DNA of 64,000 bases from Reyranella sp. (lineage in GTDB: Bacteria; Pseudomonadota; Alphaproteobacteria; Reyranellales; Reyranellaceae). The stretch lies in assembly GCA_019745575.1 (NCBI GenBank), contig JAIETA010000198.1, forward strand, positions 9,031 through 73,030. The letters run 5' to 3'. The notes under the pieces are model-generated. The model saw only the letters and a list, made by a program, of their open reading frames with translations, was not told the origin of the DNA and made no database searches. Positions 54,557 through 62,718 of the stretch are shown here, in pieces. How positions within the stretch are numbered: position 1 is the stretch's first letter; each line of letters opens with the position of its first letter. Position numbers and translations under genes: made by a program.

Positions 54557-54603
54557 TTGCTGGCCCTCTTCGATACTAGGAATTGCATTCGAGGCGCCCG
54601 CTG

Positions 54604-55413
54604 ATGAGCAGCGAAAACGTCCACTCGGTAGCCGGAAGCGGCAGCATTGCCGCCAAGACCCAGGCTTTCTGGAATGCCCATCCATGCGATGGTCAGGAAT
54701 CGATGGATGCGCTCGAGGCCTATCGTCATCGCAAGGAACCCTGGCTTCCAGCCTTCCTCGAAAAGGTTTGTGCGGCCGAGAGCGAAATTCTCGAGATCGG
54801 GAGCGGGCAGGGTACCGACGGGTTGCTCATGTGCCGCCGGCTGCGGCCGGGCGGGCGTTATGTCGGCCTGGATCACTCCGATATGAGCGTCGCTAACGCC
54901 CGGCGTTTCGCCGAGGATCTCCGCGACGTTCTCCAGGTGCAGCCCGAATTTCGAGTCGGTGACGCCCGCGATCTTCCCTTTGAGAATGGATCGATTGGTG
55001 CGATCTATTCGATGGGCGTTCTGCATCACGTCGACGATACCGAGAAGACTATTGCTGAGGCTTATCGCGTGTTGAAGCCAGGTGGTAGCTTCTATCTCGG
55101 CCTCTACAATACAGTCTCCGCCAAGCTACTCGTTGCGCATCTCCTGCGCGGTGTGCAGCGTGGCCTGGACTTGCTGACCGGCCAGGATCGCTACGTATTC
55201 CACAAGCTGCTCACCTCACGCTATGGCAAGCGCACGGGCACCATGCTCCATGAATGTTTCGGCGTGCCGGTGTTGAAGAGCTACACCTCGGGCGGGATGC
55301 GCCGCCTTTTGCGCGATTTCGAGGTTCGGGCGCTCGACTCCTTCGGCAGCGCCAGCAACGGCCCGCGCGCCATGGGCTATCTTTGGGTGGCGGTCGCGAG
55401 AAAGCCGCTCTAG
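54604..55413 (+). CDS. Class I SAM-dependent methyltransferase
   Basis: 269 aa. It has ILEIGSGQGTDG, LPFENGSIGAIYSMGVLHH and LKPGGSFYL. Confidence 0.75.
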   Translation: MSSENVHSVAGSGSIAAKTQAFWNAHPCDGQESMDALEAYRHRKEPWLPAFLEKVCAAESEILEIGSGQGTDGLLMCRRLRPGGRYVGLDHSDMSVANARRFAEDLRDVLQVQPEFRVGDARDLPFENGSIGAIYSMGVLHHVDDTEKTIAEAYRVLKPGGSFYLGLYNTVSAKLLVAHLLRGVQRGLDLLTGQDRYVFHKLLTSRYGKRTGTMLHECFGVPVLKSYTSGGMRRLLRDFEVRALDSFGSASNGPRAMGYLWVAVARKPL

Positions 55414-55474
55414 CCGTGAACCGGCCCATGCAAACGCCGGCGGGCTGTGGACCAAGGACAAACTGGAAAAAGTC

Positions 55475-57247
55475 ATGAGCATCATCCTCGGCCTGACCTC
55501 CTACTTTCACGACTCCTCGGCTTGCCTTCTGGTCGACGGAGAGGTGAAAAGCTATGTCGAGGAAGAACGTTTCAATCGCGTGAAGCACACGCACGACTAC
55601 GCGCAGCAGTCCGTCGACTGGGCGCTCAAGGATGCGGGCGTAACTCTCGACGATGTCGATGCAGTCGTCTTCTATCTCAATCCGACCGCTTATCTGCGCA
55701 CCGGCATCCGGATGGCGATGGCGAACTTCCCCTGGTCGCTGCAGCTCGCGAAGCCGGGCTCCGCCACCACGTCGCCGATGTACCGCCTGTGGCGGCTCGC
55801 CGGCCTCAAGCGCTGGCTGGTCAGCCAGCATGGCGGTAAAGGCAAGTTCGACATGGTGTTCCTCGATCACTACCGGACCCACCAGGCGTCAGCCTTCTAT
55901 CCTTCAGGATTCGAAGACGCGGCAGTCTTGACCATGGATTTCGCCGTCGACGGAACGACCGAGGTGATCGCCCATGGCCAGGGCGGCGCCATCACGGACA
56001 AGGTGACCCATCGCATCCCGCATGGATTCGCCATCATCTATGCGGCGCTGACCCATGTGCTCGGCTTCAAGTGGAACGACGAATACAAGGTGATGGGCAT
56101 GGCCGCCTATGGCGAGCCGCGGTTCCTGAACCAGGTCGAGAAGCTTTACGATCTCGACCCGCAAACCGGGGCGCTCCGGCTTGACCTCAGCTATTTCAAC
56201 TTTCAGAACACCGGCCGCAAGACGCTCTTCTCGCCGAAGATGGCCGAGCTGTTCGGCCCGCCGCGCGATCCGAGCACCGAGCTGACGCAGCGGGAATACG
56301 ACATCGCGGCCTCGATGCAAGCCGCCGTCAACCGCTATGGCATTACGCTGGCCAGGCTGGCGCGCGATCTGACAGGTTCGAAGAACCTCTGCATGGCGGG
56401 CGGCGTCGCCCAGAATTGCCTCATGAATCAGGCCATCTGCGAGTCCGGGCTTTTCGACAACGTCTTCCTGCAGCCCCTGGCGGGCGATGTTGGCGGTTCG
56501 CTCGGCGGCGCCCTCTATCACTATCACGCGACTCTGAAGCAGCCGCGAAAGTACCGGATGCGGCATCTCTATCTCGGGCCATCCTTCAGCGAAACGATTC
56601 CGCGGGCGGTTGCGCGCGCCGGCCTCGTGGAACGGCCTGCGACGGGCGTTGGTTATGGCACCTGGCACAAGGCCGTGGCGCAGGCGATCGCGGACGGCAA
56701 GGTCGTCGGCTTTTTCCACGGCCACATGGAAGCCGGTCCGCGCGCGCTCGGGGGGCGTTCGATCATTGCCGATGCGCGTCGCGGCGACATGAAGGACATC
56801 CTCAATCAGCGGGTCAAGCATCGGGAACACTTCCGGCCCTTCGCACCTTCAGTGCTCGCCGACAAGATCGACATGGTTTTCGAGCCGCTGCCTGCTTGCC
56901 GCTCGCTCGAATACATGATTGTGACCATGAATGTCCGTCCGGAGTGGCGGGGCAAGGTTCCCACGATCACCCATGGCGACGGCACCGCCCGTGTCCAGGC
57001 CATCAATCCCGAACACGCCCCCGACTATTACAAGGTCGTGGAGGAATTCTTCGGGCTGACGGGCGTGCCGCTGGTCGTCAACACTTCGTTCAACGACAAC
57101 GAGCCGATCGTCTGCACGCCCGACGACGCCATCAACTGCTTCCTGCGGACCAACATCGACCTTCTCGTGCTCGACGGACGGCTGTTCTTCCGCGAGGACA
57201 ACGGTCATGTTTGCCGGGATCCGGTTCCGCTGGTCAGCGCGGCATAG
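55475..57247 (+). CDS. NodU/CmcH-family carbamoyltransferase
   Basis: 590 aa. It has the N-terminus ILGLTSYFHDSSACLLVDGEV...EEERFNRVKH, plus MAGGVAQNC and the C-terminal domain GPRALGGRSIIADAR...VKHREHFRPFAPS...HGDGTARVQ...VVNTSFN. Confidence 0.88.
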   Translation: MSIILGLTSYFHDSSACLLVDGEVKSYVEEERFNRVKHTHDYAQQSVDWALKDAGVTLDDVDAVVFYLNPTAYLRTGIRMAMANFPWSLQLAKPGSATTSPMYRLWRLAGLKRWLVSQHGGKGKFDMVFLDHYRTHQASAFYPSGFEDAAVLTMDFAVDGTTEVIAHGQGGAITDKVTHRIPHGFAIIYAALTHVLGFKWNDEYKVMGMAAYGEPRFLNQVEKLYDLDPQTGALRLDLSYFNFQNTGRKTLFSPKMAELFGPPRDPSTELTQREYDIAASMQAAVNRYGITLARLARDLTGSKNLCMAGGVAQNCLMNQAICESGLFDNVFLQPLAGDVGGSLGGALYHYHATLKQPRKYRMRHLYLGPSFSETIPRAVARAGLVERPATGVGYGTWHKAVAQAIADGKVVGFFHGHMEAGPRALGGRSIIADARRGDMKDILNQRVKHREHFRPFAPSVLADKIDMVFEPLPACRSLEYMIVTMNVRPEWRGKVPTITHGDGTARVQAINPEHAPDYYKVVEEFFGLTGVPLVVNTSFNDNEPIVCTPDDAINCFLRTNIDLLVLDGRLFFREDNGHVCRDPVPLVSAA

Positions 57248-57357
57248 GGCGCGTAGCCCGGCGCCGTCGATCGGACCCGCAGACTTACGTGTATCGCATC
57301 CTGGCGTCCCGCCTCGAGAGCCTGAGGCAACGGATCGCACCCTTCTGTCGCGACCTG

Positions 57358-58701
57358 ATGGCGGGACGCTTCGAGGGGTGGAGATGGCCCCTGTTCGCAG
57401 TTTGTGCGCTGTTCCTCGCCGGCTCGGCGTTGTCGTACAGTTTGAACGTATCGAACCATCTTCATGCCGGCGCGACGTCGGCGGACTGGGGCGTCACCGA
57501 TCATTGGATCGCGTCGGCCGAATGCGCCCGAAAGACCGGCGCATGGCTCGTCGTCTGCCCGGGCGGGCGGCTGGTGCCGCTTGCCAACCAGGCGCTGGCC
57601 GACGATCCCGGCCATGCCCTGCTGCTCGAGGTCTGGGCGATGGTTGCCGACCGCTCGCTGAAGGTCGGAGATGCGGCTTCGCTCAACGTGGTCCTGAATG
57701 TCTTCGGCATGCTCTCGATCGCCACGCTTCTGTTCGCGGCGCGCCTGCATGTCGCGTCTCTGATCGTACTTGTCTATGGCGGCGGCGTGTACCTGGACTG
57801 GACCGGCGTCTCGCCGCATCCTGGACTGGTCGGCGCGGCGAGCTTCGCCGCGGTCCTGCCGTGCACCTTGATCCTGTCGGAACTTGGATATTTGTCGCGG
57901 CCGACCCGGATCTCCGGCCTGTTCGCGGGGGCCATCCTTCTCGGCCTTGCGGCCCTATTGCGCGAACCGATCGGCATGATGGGCCTCATCGTGAGTTTAG
58001 CCGCGATCGTCTGGGTGGCCCTCAGCAGGCGGGAATTGCGCCGTTGGCTGCGTCTCGTGCCGCTGCTCTTGCTGGCCGTGGTCTCGTGGCAGACGCCGCG
58101 CTGGGTCCTTCTGGCGCGCGACATGGTCTTTTCCGTCCCGAAGACGGCGCAAATCGAGACGCACGGCATCTCCCACAATCTCTATCTCGGCCTCGGAGCC
58201 ATCGAGAACAAGTTCGGACTGAGCTGGACGGACGCGACCGGCGCGAAGGCGGTAGCGGACATCGATCCCACTGTCGCCTATGTGTCTCGGGACTATTTCC
58301 GCGTCCTGTGGCGGGCATATCTGCAGCGTGTGGCCGAGGATCCACTCGAGGTGCTGCGGATCTATGCCACGAAGACCGGCATCATCCTGGGCTACAGTTT
58401 TCCAGACAAGACGACGCCGCTGTGGCTGGTCGTTCTCGGGGGGGCCCTCCTGTTGGTTGGCGGCTGGCGGTGGGGTGTATGGCGGCGAGCGGGCTGTCCG
58501 CAGGCGCCGGCCGTCCTTTTTGTCGCCCTGTCGTTCTTGGCCCGGTTCGTCCTGCAGGGCGCCGTGGCACACCACTCGAGGCCTTATGCCCATCCGATCG
58601 GCGCGTTTGTATTGATGATTATGGCCGTTGGCGGGGAGCTTCTGGTCCGACTGGTGATTAACTGGGTGCGGGCTCGGCCCGGGCCCAAACGTTTCGCGTG
58701 A
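57358..58701 (+). CDS. Polytopic integral membrane protein of unknown family (about 10 hydrophobic segments)
   Basis: 447 aa starting at MAGRFEGWRWPLFAVCALFLAG (alternative GTG at 57289). I recognise no signature. Its position suggests a glycan polymerase, ligase or GT-C-like role. Confidence 0.5.
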   Translation: MAGRFEGWRWPLFAVCALFLAGSALSYSLNVSNHLHAGATSADWGVTDHWIASAECARKTGAWLVVCPGGRLVPLANQALADDPGHALLLEVWAMVADRSLKVGDAASLNVVLNVFGMLSIATLLFAARLHVASLIVLVYGGGVYLDWTGVSPHPGLVGAASFAAVLPCTLILSELGYLSRPTRISGLFAGAILLGLAALLREPIGMMGLIVSLAAIVWVALSRRELRRWLRLVPLLLLAVVSWQTPRWVLLARDMVFSVPKTAQIETHGISHNLYLGLGAIENKFGLSWTDATGAKAVADIDPTVAYVSRDYFRVLWRAYLQRVAEDPLEVLRIYATKTGIILGYSFPDKTTPLWLVVLGGALLLVGGWRWGVWRRAGCPQAPAVLFVALSFLARFVLQGAVAHHSRPYAHPIGAFVLMIMAVGGELLVRLVINWVRARPGPKRFA

Positions 58702-58779
58702 TGCAATGGCCGGAAGGACGTCGCTATTCTGGCCGGAACAACGCACCTGAACCCGCGCAAGTCGAGGGACGGCGGAAAA

Positions 58780-59534
58780 ATGCCAGCCAATCTTTCATTT
58801 CGGCATCGTAGTAGCACGGGAGAATTCTATACCCGCATCCACAAGAGCATGATTACGCCGGCGGCGGACCATTTCCCGCCGAGTACGAAGGAGTTTCAAT
58901 CTTGGCTGAAGGGTACTTTTCCATCACCGGGGCGGGCGACCGTCCTCGACGCCGGGTGCGGCGTCCATGCTTTCAATGCCCGGTCGTGCCTCGCCAATGG
59001 ATTTTCCACGGTCAGCGCGATCGACATCAATGAGGACGCCGTCAAGGCAGGGGCCGACATCGGCGTACGCCTGGTTCGGTGCTCGACCTGCCGTACGACG
59101 CCGACGGCTTCGACCTCACCGTCTGCGGCGGTGTCGCCCATCATACCCCTGACCCCGACCTGGCATTTGCCGAACTGTTCCGGGTCACGCGGCCTGGCGG
59201 CACGGCCTACATCAGCCTCTACTGTTTCCGGCGGAGCCTGTTCCATGTTCTCGTCAGACTGTGGCGCCTGGCTGGCCGGGTTGTGCCGTACAGGCTCGCG
59301 CATGCCCTCTTCGGCAGGATCCAGGCGATCAACAATTTCGTCCTGGATCATACCTACGTGCCGATCCTGTGGCTCTATTCGGTCGAGGAGGCACGTGCCG
59401 CGTTGGAGCGGGCCGGCTGGGTCGTCGAGGCGGATTTCGCCAGTTGCATAGATCCCTTCGAGCGGCGCCCGTTCGGCGGGCTTATCGTCGGGGGCGGCCT
59501 GCTGCGCGTGTTCATCTGCCGCAAGCCGGCCTGA
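58780..59534 (+). pseudogene. Class I SAM methyltransferase interrupted by a frameshift near 59077-59081
   Basis: Frame A (58780..) encodes ...ATVLDAGCGVHAF...AIDINEDAVKAGADIGVRLVR and then nonsense. Frame B (59079..59534) continues VLDLPYDADGFDLTVCGGVAHH...TRPGGTAYISLY. Together they form one normal methyltransferase domain. Confidence 0.7.
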
Positions 59535-59537
59535 TCG

Positions 59538-59891
59538 TCAGGCGCGGTTCATCAGAACGACGCCGCCGACCGCCATGACGAAGCCGAGCATCTGCAAGCC
59601 GCTGGGTTGTGTCCGCGCCAGCACTATACTCAGAAGGAACACGGCGGCGGAGACGGTGACCGTGGTCACCGCGAAGCCATCGATGAGTTGTCTCTGACGC
59701 AGGCACAGGAGATAGGTAACCGTCGCGCAGAAGTTGAACATCACAGACAGATAGAGGAAGCGATTCTGCAGTGCCTCGACAACGATGGCCCCAAGGTCGC
59801 CGCTGAACGAGAGCGACTGGGCCGCGCGGCTCATGAAATAGTTTCCGCCGGCAAGAAGCAGTCCTGTGAGAATGCCCCAGAAGATTCCCAT
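59538..59891 (-). CDS. Small 4-TM DMT/SMR-like membrane protein (ArnE/ArnF-like candidate polyprenyl-P-sugar flippase subunit)
   Basis: 117 aa with four hydrophobic segments. It sits immediately downstream of, and in operon position with, a GT-C gene. Confidence 0.5.
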   Translation of the reverse strand: MGIFWGILTGLLLAGGNYFMSRAAQSLSFSGDLGAIVVEALQNRFLYLSVMFNFCATVTYLLCLRQRQLIDGFAVTTVTVSAAVFLLSIVLARTQPSGLQMLGFVMAVGGVVLMNRA

Positions 59892-59946
59892 GTGTCTTCA
59901 GTTCCTCTTCGGCATCGCGACGTGGCGCTTTACTTTCGAGCCGTGG

Positions 59947-62697
59947 TCAATGCCTTGGCCGGGCGATCGTCTTGCAGTAATCTTCTGGAAGTGGACCGCT
60001 GACTGGTGCGCTCCCAATCCCCGTCTTGTCGGCCGGGTTGCATCCGAAGAATCGATATACGCGATCTAGCGACCGCTCCACTTCCGTCAATCTTGGATTG
60101 GCGATAAGGAATTCACTCTTCTTGCCATTATCAGGCTGAAGGTTTGCGACAACGAAGTAGACATTGTTGTTGTCGCTTGTATTGAACGTAAACTCATGAT
60201 TGCCGCGAGACTGGGGTGTATAAAGCCAATATCGCCCGTTGGCGTCTTGCACACCGACCGACACGATACCCTGGACTTCACGAAGATCGATCTTGAATCG
60301 CAGATTGGCGTTCCGTGGCACGGCGATCCTGGGGCTCCGAACTTGATTGTTGTAGGCGCTGTCGTCACCGCGTACGAGCAGCGAGCCGTCGGGCTGCTTC
60401 AGGAGTGTCGCACCGCCGGGACTGGTCCAGTCGCCGACCTGGGCCACGGGGAGGGGGGCCTCCTCGATCTGATAGTTGACCACCCGCCAAGCGCTCTTGA
60501 GGGTGAAATCATCGTTCTGCCCATCTTTCCGATCCGCGATGCTGAGAAACAGAGGGCCTCCCGTATGGCGAGCGAGCAGAAAAGACGATGGATCGTACGA
60601 CGCGAGAGGCGCCTCGAAGAGTTCAAAATTGAGGTTCACGCCGAGGGTACTGCCGAACTTCTCAGACGGCGTTGCCAGGAAGAGACCCGTTCTCCGTTCC
60701 GACGGCTGGAGTTCGAACAGGTAAGTGCCAGCAGGTAAGTATGCGACTTTTGTCCGACGCGCTTTGCCGGTTATCTTGAAACTAGGCAGATCGAATTGCA
60801 CGGGCGGGTGATCCACAAGGTCTGGTGTTGCGATACGCACCAGTTCGTTTGCCCAAGCGTCGCTGGAGCGATCAAAGTTGGATACCAGGGGCGGGGAATT
60901 GTTGGGGGGCTTGTCCACTACCCGCTCATAAATGATCGTCGTGCCATAGGGTAAGGCGTAGACGATCTTCTTTTGCCGATAGGTGACGCCGGGAAAGTAT
61001 TCAATTAGTTGCGAATGAAACATCTCGTGGAATTGAGAGGCTTCCGGACTAGAGACCGCTTGTGCCACAAGTACCCGAAGGTAGTCGTTCAGGACAAGGT
61101 AGTCAGGCGCAACCGTAGCTCGGCCTTCCGCGCTCATGTTGTTGAGGCGATACATCGCATCCGACCATTGAATCAGGGCATGCCGCATTCCCGACTCGAG
61201 GCCGAAGATAGCCCCACCAAGAATCAGCGACCCACTTGGAATGCCAGCCAGGACCTCGTCGTAGTAACGCGAGAACTTGATATTGGAGCCGCCGGCGGCG
61301 AAGTTCGGTCCCTGCGTGCTCGTCAGGTTGGCCTGCGCAACCAGCGGCATACCGGCGAGGATCGGTGTCGCGAGAATCACGAGCGGGCCGAGGATCGAGA
61401 CTCTATCGCACAGGAGCCATCCGAGAACGCCGAAGCCCGCGACTGCCGTCCAAATTCCCGTGAGCTGTCCGATCAGCGCGTAGCCGCTGTGGTAGAATGG
61501 ATAGGCGCCCAGACTCAGCAGGTAGAGCACCGTCATGAGCGCCGGCGGCGCGAAGTAGGTCAGCACCATGGCCACATGCCGCCGCTGGCAGAACGGCAGT
61601 AGCGCCAGCGCCAGGACTCCGCAGGCGACGCCCGAGGCCACGACCCAGTTGATGCCGGACGGGACATAGGCCCACATGATAGAGAACTGCTGGGCAACAG
61701 CCGCGAAGTATACGTCGAATCCACCGCCCCGCGTCTTCGTCACCGCGGTTGCGAGTTGCAAGAAATCCGCAAGCCTAAAATCGATGGCCTCCAGGAATAT
61801 GAGGACGGCGGCCACAGCGCCGAGTGCGCCAACCGCAAGCCGCTGCAAAATGAAGCGCTTGAAAAAGAGATCGTCGGGCTTGGCCAACCAGCGCAGCAAA
61901 ACGCCCAGGCCCAGCATGATTGCTATCCAAGGCAGGATGGCTATCGCCACGAGATGGGTGGTGACCGCCGTGAAGGAAAAAAACGAACAGAGGAACCAGA
62001 AACGCCGCTTCTCGGTCAAGAGTCCACTCGTGGCGGAGGCGATGGCGGCGATGACGAACAGCGCGGTGAAGGGATCGGGGCGCACCATCGGCCACATCAC
62101 CGACCACAGCAGGGCGAGCACGAGCCAAGCATACAAGGCGGCCAGGCCGACGTTCAGCCGGCGGAAGGCGAGAAAGGCGATCGCGAACGAGAGGAAAAGA
62201 CAGAGGGGGTGAAGGAAGCGCTGGATCTCGTAGCTCGTGCCGAACAGCCAATCCAGCGCGGCGCCCGCATAGAACGGCCAGGGACCATAATTGTAGAAGC
62301 CGCCGATGCGTATCTTGTAGGCGTCTTGGGAACCCTGGACGGGAACCACTGGGGGGCCATAGACGCCTGTGTTCGAGAACATGACCGACAGGTTGGCGAG
62401 GCTGTCGTCGACCGAGAAATAGGGGTAGGCGCCGCCAACGCGGAGATAGACGTGGGTGGCGACGACCACCGCGACGCAGAGCAGGATGGCCGTCATGATG
62501 TTCGCGGTCTGGCCGATCACCGTCATGTTGCCGCGCCGGATGCGGCCGTGAAGCAGGATCTCCGGCTGCGTATCGGTTGTCCGATCTGCAACGCTCGTGC
62601 CCACCTCGACCGATCTATTGTCCGACACGGAATTCTCGCTTGTGATGTTTGAGGGAGGTGGCCGTGGCCAGTATGCCTCGGCCGTTTCCGACCGCAA
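59947..62697 (-). CDS. GT-C-fold (ArnT/PMT-like) polytopic glycosyltransferase with about 370-aa soluble C-terminal domain
   Basis: 916 aa (alternative ATG at 62526). TM1 is followed by an acidic loop, YFSVDDSLANL. About 12 further hydrophobic segments run to about aa 540, followed by a beta-rich Asn/Thr-rich domain encoded by visibly lower-GC DNA. Confidence 0.6.
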   Translation of the reverse strand: MRSETAEAYWPRPPPSNITSENSVSDNRSVEVGTSVADRTTDTQPEILLHGRIRRGNMTVIGQTANIMTAILLCVAVVVATHVYLRVGGAYPYFSVDDSLANLSVMFSNTGVYGPPVVPVQGSQDAYKIRIGGFYNYGPWPFYAGAALDWLFGTSYEIQRFLHPLCLFLSFAIAFLAFRRLNVGLAALYAWLVLALLWSVMWPMVRPDPFTALFVIAAIASATSGLLTEKRRFWFLCSFFSFTAVTTHLVAIAILPWIAIMLGLGVLLRWLAKPDDLFFKRFILQRLAVGALGAVAAVLIFLEAIDFRLADFLQLATAVTKTRGGGFDVYFAAVAQQFSIMWAYVPSGINWVVASGVACGVLALALLPFCQRRHVAMVLTYFAPPALMTVLYLLSLGAYPFYHSGYALIGQLTGIWTAVAGFGVLGWLLCDRVSILGPLVILATPILAGMPLVAQANLTSTQGPNFAAGGSNIKFSRYYDEVLAGIPSGSLILGGAIFGLESGMRHALIQWSDAMYRLNNMSAEGRATVAPDYLVLNDYLRVLVAQAVSSPEASQFHEMFHSQLIEYFPGVTYRQKKIVYALPYGTTIIYERVVDKPPNNSPPLVSNFDRSSDAWANELVRIATPDLVDHPPVQFDLPSFKITGKARRTKVAYLPAGTYLFELQPSERRTGLFLATPSEKFGSTLGVNLNFELFEAPLASYDPSSFLLARHTGGPLFLSIADRKDGQNDDFTLKSAWRVVNYQIEEAPLPVAQVGDWTSPGGATLLKQPDGSLLVRGDDSAYNNQVRSPRIAVPRNANLRFKIDLREVQGIVSVGVQDANGRYWLYTPQSRGNHEFTFNTSDNNNVYFVVANLQPDNGKKSEFLIANPRLTEVERSLDRVYRFFGCNPADKTGIGSAPVSGPLPEDYCKTIARPRH

Positions 62698-62718
62698 CCC
62701 GTGGGCGATCTGGGTTCG

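Noticed and set aside
59068-59085. Programmed ribosomal frameshifting in the split methyltransferase.
   Set aside because: There is no X XXY YYZ slippery heptamer or obvious downstream stimulatory structure at the frame junction. A simple indel (pseudogene or sequencing error) is more parsimonious.
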